From: Gammaproteobacteria bacterium
GTDB lineage: Bacteria; Pseudomonadota; Gammaproteobacteria; Magnimaribacterales; AG-339-G14
Length of the DNA: 64,000 nt
Reading direction: 5' to 3'
NCBI GenBank assembly: GCA_045564455.1
Contig: JBJLHG010000002.1
Location: forward strand, 679,877-743,876
Below the pieces are notes generated by a model. The model was not told the DNA's origin. It worked only from the letters and a program-made list of their open reading frames with translations, and ran no database searches. Numbering within the stretch: the stretch's first letter is position 1; each line of letters starts with the position of its first letter. Positions 9,433 through 18,290 of this stretch are shown here, piece by piece. A program made the translations under genes and the position numbers.

Positions 9433-9876
9433 ATTAAAAATAAAATATTTCTAGTATGCGCATGTATCTTTTATCTTTCTTTTGTTAATGGCTCAGAATT
9501 AACAGTAAATATAGAGAATCAAAAGAAATCAGGATTTTTATTTTTAGCTATTTATGATGATGCGAAAGCCTATCAGGAAGCTATTGATGGCGGAGGAGAA
9601 GAGCTTTCAGAAGATGGTTCTGTCTACAATGAGCAAGTATATTTAAATACTAAACCAGTTCATAAGCTCATAATTAATATTCCTGATGGAGAGTATGCAA
9701 TGGTATTTTTTATTGATGCCAATGAAAATAAAAAACTTGATAAAAACTTTATTGGAATTCCCAAAGAACAATACGGATTTTCTAATAATGCAATGGGAGC
9801 CTTTTCAGCTCCAACTTTTGAACAGGCAAAATTTACAGTTTTAGATAAAGCAAATCAAAATATAATGCTTAATTAA
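9433..9876 (+). CDS. DUF2141-family exported protein, apparent ATT start (absent from the ORF track)
   Basis: Open frame 9421-9876, bounded by an in-frame TGA at 9418-9420. Translation ..KNKIFLVCACIFYLSFVNG/SELTVNIEN..GEYAMVFFIDANENKKLDKNFIGIPKEQYGFSNNA..APTFEQAKFTV matches DUF2141. No ATG/GTG/TTG at the N-terminus. GAGGGG at 9419-9424 lies 8 nt before ATT 9433. Confidence 0.65.
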   Translation: MKNKIFLVCACIFYLSFVNGSELTVNIENQKKSGFLFLAIYDDAKAYQEAIDGGGEELSEDGSVYNEQVYLNTKPVHKLIINIPDGEYAMVFFIDANENKKLDKNFIGIPKEQYGFSNNAMGAFSAPTFEQAKFTVLDKANQNIMLN

Positions 9877-9907
9877 TTTAAAAACAAATCAAATAAAATA
9901 ACATTTT

Positions 9908-11143
9908 ATGATGCCTAAAAAAGAATTCGACGTTATTGTTTTGGGAGCTGGTGCAGCAGGCTTAATGACTGCATTAACTGCTGCAAAAAGAAAAAAGAGT
10001 GTGTTAGTTTTAGAAAAATCAAATAAAGAAGGAAAAAAAATCCTTATGTCTGGTGGAGGAAAATCTAATTTTACCAACCTTTATGTGGAGGCTGAGAATT
10101 TTTTATCTAACAATCCGCATTTTTGTAAATCTGCCTTAAAAAGATTTTCTCCAAATGATTTTATTACTATGGTGGAAAATTATCATATTGAATATGAAGA
10201 AAAAAAACATCAGCAATTATTTTGTATAAATTCTTCAAAAGATATTCTTAATATGCTTCTAGATGAATGTGCTGAATTAGGAGTAAAGATTCTAACTAAT
10301 GCTGATACAAAAAAAGTCATTAAAAGATCTAAAACAGATGGTAACTCTTCATACGAGTTAATTACTCTTTTAGACTCAAAAAAAATAGCTGATAAAAACT
10401 CTTTTTTTTGTAATTCTTTAGTAGTTGCAACCGGTGCGCTTTCTATCCCTTCCTTAGGCGGAAGTGGATTTGGTTACGAATTGGCTAAAGAGTTTGATTT
10501 ATCATTAATACCTAGACGAGCTAGTTTAGTTCCTTTTATGTTTTCTGATGAGATAAAGTCAATTTGTGAAAAATTAACAGGTTTGTCAGTCATGACCACA
10601 ATTTCTAGTAATGGTAAATTTTTTACAGAGTCTATGTTATTCACTCATCGAGGTTTAAGTGGTCCAGTAATATTACAAATTTCAAATTATTGGAATCCAG
10701 GAGATGTAATTATGATTGATCTTCTTCCTAGTATAGATATATCAAATCTTCTTTTAAAAGAAAAAGAAAAGAATCCTAGAACATCTATAAAAAGAAATTT
10801 GAATAATTATTTATCCAAAGCTTTAGTAGCAGAGTTAGAAGAGATTTATTGGCCAACTGAGAAAGGTCTCATGCTCGCTGAAATAAGCAAAGATAAGATC
10901 TTAAAAATTGGAAATCTTCTTAATAACTGGAAATTAAAACCGGCTAGCACTGAAGGATATCGAACAGCAGAAGTTACTTTGGGCGGAATAGATACAGATG
11001 CTATCGATTCTAGGACTATGGAGGTCAAAAAACATGCTGGATTATTTTTTGTTGGAGAAGTCTTAGATGTGACAGGACATTTAGGTGGATATAACTTCCA
11101 GTGGGCTTGGGCCTCAGGACACAGTGCTGGGTTAGTAGTTTAG
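9908..11143 (+). CDS. BaiN/RdsA (HI0933/YhiN) family NAD(P)/FAD-dependent oxidoreductase
   Basis: DVIVLGAGAAGLM dinucleotide motif, MSGGGKSNFTN, C-terminal GYNFQWAWASG typical of the family. Confidence 0.85.
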   Translation: MMPKKEFDVIVLGAGAAGLMTALTAAKRKKSVLVLEKSNKEGKKILMSGGGKSNFTNLYVEAENFLSNNPHFCKSALKRFSPNDFITMVENYHIEYEEKKHQQLFCINSSKDILNMLLDECAELGVKILTNADTKKVIKRSKTDGNSSYELITLLDSKKIADKNSFFCNSLVVATGALSIPSLGGSGFGYELAKEFDLSLIPRRASLVPFMFSDEIKSICEKLTGLSVMTTISSNGKFFTESMLFTHRGLSGPVILQISNYWNPGDVIMIDLLPSIDISNLLLKEKEKNPRTSIKRNLNNYLSKALVAELEEIYWPTEKGLMLAEISKDKILKIGNLLNNWKLKPASTEGYRTAEVTLGGIDTDAIDSRTMEVKKHAGLFFVGEVLDVTGHLGGYNFQWAWASGHSAGLVV

Positions 11144-12486
11144 AAATTTCTCCAAGCACCTAACTTTAAAGAAATTACAATAATTAATCCAAATAATGTC
11201 ATACCCGCAGCAGCTGAGTAAAAAATTCCATTTAGTCCAAGCGAAAAATAATTTATTGTCACCCAGCCTCCCAATGCAGCTACAATAAATCTCACAACAG
11301 TAGCTACAATTGGCCATTTCATCGCACTCGCACCTTGTGAAGCAAAATAAATAGACAAACCCAAGCCTTGAAAAAGATAACAAATCCCAACAATTTGAAT
11401 ATATTGTTTAGTTACTAAATAAGTCGCTTCATCAGATGCGAATAGATTTATCCACAAATCAGGAGTTAAGGCCAGGACCAAACCAATAAATCCTGATAAA
11501 GCTCCTGCGAATATTCCACCTAAAAATCCAATATGCTCAGATCTTTCAATATTTTTTGCACCCATATTTGTTCCAACCATTGTGGTCATGGCAGTTCCTA
11601 TTCCAAAAACTAAAGGGATCATCAAAAACTCTACTCGCGAACCTATTCCATAACCGGCAAGAGCAGATTCACCAAACTGACCAACTAGCCCAGTCAAGGC
11701 TAAAATAGTTCCAACAGTAAAAAAGGGAGATAAAGATGCAGGTAGAGCAACGTTAAAAATATCTTCAAACAAATCTTTTTTAAATGATAAGCGAGAAAAA
11801 TTTAGTTTTACTAGGCTTGATTTAGAATTTAACTTCAAAATCATCATAAGAGTTAAAAAACCCGCACTAATTAGTGCTGATAATGCTGCTCCGACAATTC
11901 CTAATTTTGGAAAACCATACCATCCAAGAATAAATCCAGCAGAGAAAAAAACTTGCAGTCCAGATGAAAAAATCATCATCAGAGCAGGAAATCGCATATC
12001 TCCAGAACCTCTAATAACAGCTCCCAAACTGCCAGATATCCAGATAAGAAACCCTCCTGATAAAAAAACTAAACAGTAAGCCAAAGATTCTTTTAATAAT
12101 TCTCCTGTTCCTCCAAGAATTATTAATATGTATTCGCCGAGCAACAAAAAAGTTACCAATAAAATTAAAGCACCACTGGAAGAAATAACGATGGAGTGCC
12201 ATATTAAATTTTCAGCTCTTTCAACATCATCAGATCCAAGGCTTCTTGCTATAGAGGATGATACAGCTCCTCCTAAAGCACCATGCGCCATTTGTTGGGT
12301 AAGCATTACAACAGGAAAAGCTAGAGCTATAGCCGCTAAAGAAGTGGTGCCGAGTTTACTTAAAAACCAAATTTCAGCTAGAACAACTATAGCTTGTATT
12401 AAAAAAGCAACAGTATTTGGCGCCGACATTCTTAGTAGTAAGGGGAAAACTGGATCATGTAAAAGCTTTCCTGTCTTTTTATCCAT
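11140..12486 (-). CDS. MATE-family efflux transporter
   Basis: 448 aa, about 12 hydrophobic segments, MATE/NorM-like architecture. 4-nt convergent overlap with the upstream flavoprotein gene. Confidence 0.75.
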   Translation of the reverse strand: MDKKTGKLLHDPVFPLLLRMSAPNTVAFLIQAIVVLAEIWFLSKLGTTSLAAIALAFPVVMLTQQMAHGALGGAVSSSIARSLGSDDVERAENLIWHSIVISSSGALILLVTFLLLGEYILIILGGTGELLKESLAYCLVFLSGGFLIWISGSLGAVIRGSGDMRFPALMMIFSSGLQVFFSAGFILGWYGFPKLGIVGAALSALISAGFLTLMMILKLNSKSSLVKLNFSRLSFKKDLFEDIFNVALPASLSPFFTVGTILALTGLVGQFGESALAGYGIGSRVEFLMIPLVFGIGTAMTTMVGTNMGAKNIERSEHIGFLGGIFAGALSGFIGLVLALTPDLWINLFASDEATYLVTKQYIQIVGICYLFQGLGLSIYFASQGASAMKWPIVATVVRFIVAALGGWVTINYFSLGLNGIFYSAAAGMTLFGLIIVISLKLGAWRNF

Positions 12487-12550
12487 AATGAAGCTTATCT
12501 TAATACATATAGTATTTACTAATCTTTAATTATCTGGGATTATTAAATTC

Positions 12551-13441
12551 ATGGGAATTCAACACTTAAGCTCAAATGCAAGTACCGAGGAAATTTTAGA
12601 AGTATTGGATAAAGATGCCGGCGTAATTATAGATAATGTATTATCTAAGAACCAAATAGATAAAATCAAAGAAGAGCTGAATCCATATTTGGCTAATACT
12701 AAAGAAGGGCAAGATGATTTTACTGGGCTTAAGACTAGAAGAGTTGGTGCTTTAATAGCTAGATCAGAAGAATGTAGGGTGTTGGCCTTAAATCCTATGA
12801 TTAACTCGGTCTCTAAGAATTTTCTTGAGCCAAATAGTGATGGCTATCAGCTTCACTTCACTTCAGCTATTGATATAGCCCCTAAAGAAAGTAAGCAGAT
12901 TCTTCATAGAGATAGAGGCGTATGGGGCGGGTACATTCCTCGAAAAATAGAAACACAGTTAAGTACAGTTTGGGCAATTTCAGATTTCACCAAACAAAAT
13001 GGTGCAACCCAAGTAGTTCCTGGTTCTCATAAATGGGAAAAAGATAGACAGCCTTCAGAAGATGAAATTTGTTATGCAGAAATGTCAAAAGGCTCTGTTT
13101 TAATTTACACAGGATCCGTTATGCACGGAGGTGGTTCAAACGATTCTGATTTCAATAGACTAGGTGTTTTTCTTCACTATGCCCCAACTTGGTTAAGACA
13201 AGAAGAAAATCAATATCTTTCATGTCCTCCACACATTGCCAAAAACTTATCTCCAGAATTAAGAGCTTTAATGGGCTATTCTAAAGGCGGATATGTACTA
13301 GGATTTTTTTCAGATCCGGAAAGTACAGACGGTGAATTAGAATCAGTATCGCCTGAAAAATTATTTGGCAATACCCATGACAGATACAGTGAAATTAAAA
13401 GTGCTGATAAATTAGTTATTGACTCAACAATTAAAAAATAA
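12551..13441 (+). CDS. Phytanoyl-CoA dioxygenase (PhyH) family Fe(II)/2-oxoglutarate oxygenase
   Basis: 296 aa. HRD (..ILHRDRG..) and distal H (..SVMHGGGSN..) consistent with the HxD...H facial triad of PhyH-like enzymes. Confidence 0.75.
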   Translation: MGIQHLSSNASTEEILEVLDKDAGVIIDNVLSKNQIDKIKEELNPYLANTKEGQDDFTGLKTRRVGALIARSEECRVLALNPMINSVSKNFLEPNSDGYQLHFTSAIDIAPKESKQILHRDRGVWGGYIPRKIETQLSTVWAISDFTKQNGATQVVPGSHKWEKDRQPSEDEICYAEMSKGSVLIYTGSVMHGGGSNDSDFNRLGVFLHYAPTWLRQEENQYLSCPPHIAKNLSPELRALMGYSKGGYVLGFFSDPESTDGELESVSPEKLFGNTHDRYSEIKSADKLVIDSTIKK

Positions 13442-13469
13442 ATAATCTTTATTTTGACGAAATATTATT

Positions 13470-14336
13470 ATGGAAAATATCTCTATTTGGAATGATTTAT
13501 CTTGGATATTAGATATTAGATCTCCTGCACTCTCATTTTTTTTTGAAACTATTTCTCTTGCCGGTTATCCAACTTTTTTAATTTTATTTATTTCTTTTGG
13601 TTATTTTTTTTGGTCTCCCTTAAGATTTTCTCGAGTAGCAATGCTTCTCTTTATTTCAGGATTGATAAATGCATTTTTAAAAGTTTATTTTCAAGATCCG
13701 AGACCGCCTTCGGAGTTTATGCTTGATCCTAGAGTGGGAAATTCATTTGGATGGCCAAGTGGTCATTCCCAGATAGCGGTTACACTATGGGGTCTTTTGG
13801 CATATGAGTTAAAAAAAAGATGGATTTCTTTAAGTGCAGGTCTTCTTATAGTAGCAATAGCTTTTAGTAGGATGTATTTAGGCGTACATGATCTAGGAGA
13901 CGTTATTTCAGGCTTATTGATTGGCCTATTAATTTTAATTTTATGGCAGTCAGCTGTTACTTTAAAAATTTATGAGCAATTGAGTAAGGAAATATGGATT
14001 TTGCTTATATTGACATTTCAACTCACTTTCTTTCTTTTTTATCCACAACTAGAGGGTCATGAACCAAGCACTTGGTTTTTAGGTGTGATGTTAGGATGGT
14101 ATTTAGGCATATCAAATATAAATATTAAGACAGGTAATCCATCTAATATCTTTATATGCATAATTAGTACGATAGTTGTTTTTCTAGCGATGATTCTAAT
14201 TACACAATTGGAAGAAAATCTTGGAACTGATAGTTATTCAGGATATCTAATTAGTTATTCTCTAGGAATAATTTTCTCTCTTATTGTTACTTGGTTTATT
14301 CCAAGGACATGGAGACTGTTAAAATTAGCATCTTAG
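13470..14336 (+). CDS. PAP2-family membrane phosphatase
   Basis: KVYFQDPRP, PSGHS and SRMYLGVHDLGDV match the three PAP2 signature motifs. Multiple TM segments. Confidence 0.8.
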   Translation: MENISIWNDLSWILDIRSPALSFFFETISLAGYPTFLILFISFGYFFWSPLRFSRVAMLLFISGLINAFLKVYFQDPRPPSEFMLDPRVGNSFGWPSGHSQIAVTLWGLLAYELKKRWISLSAGLLIVAIAFSRMYLGVHDLGDVISGLLIGLLILILWQSAVTLKIYEQLSKEIWILLILTFQLTFFLFYPQLEGHEPSTWFLGVMLGWYLGISNINIKTGNPSNIFICIISTIVVFLAMILITQLEENLGTDSYSGYLISYSLGIIFSLIVTWFIPRTWRLLKLAS

Positions 14337-14484
14337 GCAAAAAATATTAAATAAAATTAAAGATAATTTTTTTAAATGGATTTAAAAGGTATTTTAAAGC
14401 AAAGCCGCTTTATGTGTGATGAGCCTAAGCTAAATTTTTTGAATATTTTAAGGATGAAGTTCATAATATCTTAAGGAGAATAAA

Positions 14485-15297
14485 ATGGATCAAAGTATAA
14501 AAACTATAAAAGCTTTATTTAATTATCGAAATAATCTTAAGAATTATGAAGAAAAACCTGCATTTGGATTGATAGATGAAGATCCAAACATGCCGAATCA
14601 CAAGAGTTATTTGAAAGAAATTAAAAATGCCAGGTTAGGTAATTATAATCTCACAAATTCAGATTTTGAATTATTGAATCACGTCTCTAAGGTAGTCAAT
14701 TTTTACGATGACCAGGAAATCTCTGAAATTTATTATCAAGAAATTCGAGATTTAGTTAAATCTAAAACTAATGCTGATCATGTAGAGATAATTTCACACA
14801 TATCACGAAACGAAGCTGAAGCTGAATCTGGTAAAAGAAAAGGAGCGCATCGTTTGGTTCACAATGACTTTACTCCTAAGTTTAAAGACACATTAGAGCC
14901 TTTTTTTGAAGAAACTGGTTTCAATCCTAAAAAAATAGTTGTTTATAATCTTTGGCGTAGATTTGATGAAGATGGTTTGGATGCTCCATTTGCCCTTTGC
15001 GACTCACGCACTGTTTCTGAAAAAGAACTTATACCAACCGATCTTTATAATTACTTAGAAGGCGAACAAAATGATATTCAAGTTGAAATTTATCAATCTA
15101 GTCATAATGAAGATCACTCTTGGTTTTATTACCCAAACATGACAGCTGAAGAATTATTAATGTTCAAAACTTATGATTCAGAGGCTAGTCCTTTTTTACC
15201 AACTTTGCATAGCGCTTTTGATGATCCTTCTCTGAATGGGAAAAAAGTCTCTCCTAGAGAGAGCATTGAAGCCAGAGCAATTTGTCTTTTTGACTAA
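14485..15297 (+). CDS. CmcJ/NvfI-like putative non-heme iron oxygenase
   Basis: 270 aa. HRLVHNDF (HxD) and overall resemblance to the CmcJ-like family from memory. Good SD TAAGGAG. Confidence 0.5.
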   Translation: MDQSIKTIKALFNYRNNLKNYEEKPAFGLIDEDPNMPNHKSYLKEIKNARLGNYNLTNSDFELLNHVSKVVNFYDDQEISEIYYQEIRDLVKSKTNADHVEIISHISRNEAEAESGKRKGAHRLVHNDFTPKFKDTLEPFFEETGFNPKKIVVYNLWRRFDEDGLDAPFALCDSRTVSEKELIPTDLYNYLEGEQNDIQVEIYQSSHNEDHSWFYYPNMTAEELLMFKTYDSEASPFLPTLHSAFDDPSLNGKKVSPRESIEARAICLFD

Positions 15298-15304
15298 AAA
15301 TTTG

Positions 15305-15955
15305 ATGAAAAATAAACAAAAAATTGGGTTTTTTGGCCCTATGAAGTCATTTAATTCTGCAGATACTACTTTTAAAAAATTATCAGGCGGAGGTTTTAAA
15401 GCCACTATCATTCATGAAGTAATGAAAGGAGTAAAAATTGATCACTTAATATGGTGGTTTGAAAATATAGATCAAATCACTAGCTTTAATGGAAAAGGCT
15501 TTGATGGTCATGAAATTGATTCATATAAACTTTGGCATCCTCATGATCATATAAAAGTAAAATGGAAAAAAAAGATTTTAAATGAAGAGGGTAAAATAAT
15601 TCCTGGTTCACAATTGAGTATTCACGAAATTTTTCAAGGCTTTGTAGTTAAAGAAAGTGTTTTGGTAACTCAATTTGATAGGGAGGCTTTTAATTTTGAA
15701 ATGGGAATACTTGGAATAAAAATTGCTCACTTACTTCATTTTTATAAAGAAACAGAAAAGGGCGTCATTTATGAAACAGAAATGCTTATTAAGTGTGAAG
15801 CCCCAATTATTGGGAAAGCTCTTACATGGTTTGCTTGCAAATTTTTTGCTTCAGAAGAAAGGATAAAAGCTTGGATGTTGCATAATATTGAAGAATCTGG
15901 AGAAAGTGAAAAATTTATTCCTCAATTATATGAAAACTATATTGTGAATAAGTAA
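15305..15955 (+). CDS. DAPG/phloretin-hydrolase (PhlG)-family-like protein, cytoplasmic paralog
   Basis: Track ORF 15236-15955 overlaps the upstream gene. The first ATG after the upstream stop is 15305 (MKNKQKIGFF). Motifs LIWWF and YKLWHPHDH are shared with 7287-8018. Confidence 0.5.
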   Translation: MKNKQKIGFFGPMKSFNSADTTFKKLSGGGFKATIIHEVMKGVKIDHLIWWFENIDQITSFNGKGFDGHEIDSYKLWHPHDHIKVKWKKKILNEEGKIIPGSQLSIHEIFQGFVVKESVLVTQFDREAFNFEMGILGIKIAHLLHFYKETEKGVIYETEMLIKCEAPIIGKALTWFACKFFASEERIKAWMLHNIEESGESEKFIPQLYENYIVNK

Positions 15956-15958
15956 TAA

Positions 15959-16885
15959 ATGAACTTTAAATCTGGCGATCAGGGCGATATTTTTTACAAA
16001 TCTTCTAACCCCTTTGAATTTACTGAAATTATCAATTCTCAATCTCATGAGGAACAAGAAGTATTTGGAACTTTAATCTTTCCGGAAGAGAAAAAATCTT
16101 CATATCCTTTGGTTATATGTATGCACGGAAGTATGGGGTGGGGAACAAGCTCTCAGGATCAAGCTGTTAATTTTCTCAAAAATGGCTTTGCAGTTTTTAA
16201 AGTTGAAAGTTTTACCTCAAGAAACGTTTCTTCAATATATCAAGATCAAATGCAGGTTACTGTTTCTATGTCATTAACTGATTGTTACGAAGGTTTAAAG
16301 ATTTTATCTACTCATCCCGATATAGAAAAAGATAATATTTTCATAGCAGGATGGAGTTTTGGTGGCTCAACAGCAATATATTCATCATGGGAGCCACTAG
16401 CAGAAAAATTAGCGCCTAATGGAGAGAGATTTAAAGCAGTTCTAGCGTTTTATCCAGGAGCATACGTTTGGCCTGAAGAAATGAGGTGGAATAAAAATCC
16501 TATTCTTAGTCTTATTGGAAAAGATGATGATTATACTCCTTCGATTTTGATTGAAAATTTATCAGATGCAATTAATGAATCTGGTGGCAATAGTAATGTA
16601 ATTCTTTATGAAGGAAGTCATCACTCATTTGACCGAATTGATCCAGTAAAATATTTACCTGATGCAATAGCTTTAAGTGATCGTCCAGGGATAATTGACG
16701 CCAAGGGCGTTCTTTATTATGAAGACAATGATGGGAATAAATTTAATATGAACACTCCTGAAGGAAGAATGAAGCTTATTGAATCTGGAGTAGTTCCTAT
16801 AGGAGCGCATTTAGGATGTAATTGGAAAGCGCGCAACGCTTCAATGGTTGATAGCATCAATTTCTTAATCGAAAATTTGAATTAA
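15959..16885 (+). CDS. Dienelactone-hydrolase-family alpha/beta hydrolase
   Basis: Nucleophile elbow GWSFGG, downstream D (GKDDDY) and H (EGSHHSF), consistent with a Ser-Asp-His triad. Confidence 0.7.
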   Translation: MNFKSGDQGDIFYKSSNPFEFTEIINSQSHEEQEVFGTLIFPEEKKSSYPLVICMHGSMGWGTSSQDQAVNFLKNGFAVFKVESFTSRNVSSIYQDQMQVTVSMSLTDCYEGLKILSTHPDIEKDNIFIAGWSFGGSTAIYSSWEPLAEKLAPNGERFKAVLAFYPGAYVWPEEMRWNKNPILSLIGKDDDYTPSILIENLSDAINESGGNSNVILYEGSHHSFDRIDPVKYLPDAIALSDRPGIIDAKGVLYYEDNDGNKFNMNTPEGRMKLIESGVVPIGAHLGCNWKARNASMVDSINFLIENLN

Positions 16886-16895
16886 AAATTAGCAA

Positions 16896-17525
16896 ATGGA
16901 AAAATCGCTAGTAGTTGGAGCAACTGGATTAGTAGGAACTCACCTCCTCAAAGAACTATCAAAAAAAAATTTTTCAGTTTCAGCTCTTTCTAGAAGACCA
17001 ATTATAGAAATTGCTTCAAATATAAATGTCGTTGAGATAAATTTTGAATTATTAAATCAAATATCTTTGCCTGAATGTGATCATGTTTATATTTGTTTAG
17101 GAACTACAATTAAAAAAGCTGGTAGCCAAAAAGAATTTAAAAAAGTTGATCTTGATTACAGTTTATTAATAGCTAAAAAATGCATAGAGAAGGACGTCAA
17201 AAAAATAAGTTTAATCTCTTCTGTAGGCGCGCATGCTCAAGCAAATAATTTTTATTTAAAGATAAAAGGAGAGATTGAAAAAGAAATTATAAACATGAAT
17301 TTTTCTATGACAAACATATATAGACCTAGCTTATTAATAGGACAAAGAAACGAATCAAGATATTTAGAAGGCTTAGGTCAAGAACTTGCAGGTTTGATTA
17401 ATCCTTTTTTGCGAGGCAGTTTAAAGAAATTTAGAAGCGTTAAAGCAGAAAAATTAGCCGCTAGCATGGCAAAAAATTTTAATGCTAATGACGGCGTTAA
17501 CTACTTTTATTTTGAAGATTTCTAG
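16896..17525 (+). CDS. NAD(P)H-binding atypical SDR (HTATIP2/YbjT-like)
   Basis: N-terminal VVGATGLVGTHLL Rossmann motif. 209 aa. Confidence 0.7.
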   Translation: MEKSLVVGATGLVGTHLLKELSKKNFSVSALSRRPIIEIASNINVVEINFELLNQISLPECDHVYICLGTTIKKAGSQKEFKKVDLDYSLLIAKKCIEKDVKKISLISSVGAHAQANNFYLKIKGEIEKEIINMNFSMTNIYRPSLLIGQRNESRYLEGLGQELAGLINPFLRGSLKKFRSVKAEKLAASMAKNFNANDGVNYFYFEDF

Positions 17526-17907
17526 AATCTTTAGTTGCTAAAATTAATAAACCGGCAGCTATTCCTAAATTTTTAACAAAATTTTGAGTTTCATGTCCTT
17601 GTGTAGAGTCTCCTGTCAGATTCCAGAAATCATGAATATAAAAATTTATTAAAATAGTCAATATAAACAAAAATATACAGCTAATTCTTAAATTTCTATT
17701 TAATATGAGTAATGTCCCGAAGAATATTTGTAAAAAAATAGTTATTAGTAAAGCTATTTGATCTAGCGGCACATCTTTTGAAATCATCAGTAAAAGAGTT
17801 TGCGAATAGGAAGGAATTTTAGATATTCCAGGCAAGAGAAAATAAAGTCCTAATAATAATCTACCAATAAAGAATAAATATGGATCTAATTTGTAAAGAT
17901 TTATCAT
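17497..17907 (-). CDS. DoxX-family membrane protein
   Basis: 136 aa, 4 hydrophobic segments, RLLLGLYFLLPGISK DoxX-like start. 29-nt convergent overlap with the previous gene. Confidence 0.6.
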   Translation of the reverse strand: MINLYKLDPYLFFIGRLLLGLYFLLPGISKIPSYSQTLLLMISKDVPLDQIALLITIFLQIFFGTLLILNRNLRISCIFLFILTILINFYIHDFWNLTGDSTQGHETQNFVKNLGIAAGLLILATKDSRNLQNKSS

Positions 17908-17961
17908 ATGCCAACAGTATCTGATATAAAGAAAAAAGGAAATTTAATTAAAGGAGTTTAA

Positions 17962-18276
17962 GTGGAAGTTTTAAAAAATGTTTCAATAGAAAAGAAAGCT
18001 AATATATATTTTGATGGAAAAGTATCCAGTAGATCAATCACCTTATCTGATGGATCAAAAAAGACTTTAGGAATCATGATGCCTGGCGAATACGAATTTG
18101 GAACTTCTGAAAAAGAAATTATGGAAATATTATCTGGCGAAGTAAAAATCTTGCTTCCAGGAGAGACAAAATGGAAAAATATAAATTCAGGAATGTCATT
18201 TGAAGTTCCTGAAAATTCTAAATTTAAATTAGAAGTATTATCTTTAATGGATTATTGTTGTTCATACATTAAATAA
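17962..18276 (+). CDS. ppnP: Pyrimidine/purine nucleoside phosphorylase PpnP (DUF1255)
   Basis: GTG start after [42 protein letters not shown] aligns with E. coli PpnP/YaiE as recalled. Confidence 0.85.
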   Translation: MEVLKNVSIEKKANIYFDGKVSSRSITLSDGSKKTLGIMMPGEYEFGTSEKEIMEILSGEVKILLPGETKWKNINSGMSFEVPENSKFKLEVLSLMDYCCSYIK

Positions 18277-18290
18277 AATAACTTTAATTC

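Noticed and set aside
12502-12516. Imperfect palindrome AATACATATAGTATT in the MATE/PhyH divergent region, a possible operator.
   Set aside because: The arms are only 5 bp with an AT-only core, which is expected by chance at this base composition.
12128-12529. 133-aa plus-strand ORF antisense to the MATE gene. Similar long antisense ORFs occur at 43240-43590, 48700-48999, 59788-60081, 8763-9041 and 31547-31804, along with the other 60-90-aa track entries.
   Set aside because: They lie entirely inside well-supported genes on the opposite strand or in another frame. They have no recognisable motifs and a low-complexity composition, so they are shadow ORFs.
14376-14474. 32-aa upstream ORF (MDLKGILKQSRFMCDEPKLNFLNILRMKFIIS) whose stop overlaps the SD of the CmcJ-like gene. 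It could be a regulatory leader peptide.
   Set aside because: It has no SD of its own and no homology, and ORFs of this length arise readily by chance in AT-rich spacers. Worth revisiting only if it is conserved.
15236-15304. The track start of the PhlG-like paralog overlaps the CmcJ-like gene by 62 nt.
   Set aside because: An ATG at 15305 lies just after the upstream stop (15295-15297), and the overlapping extension has no conserved features. The shorter model is preferred.
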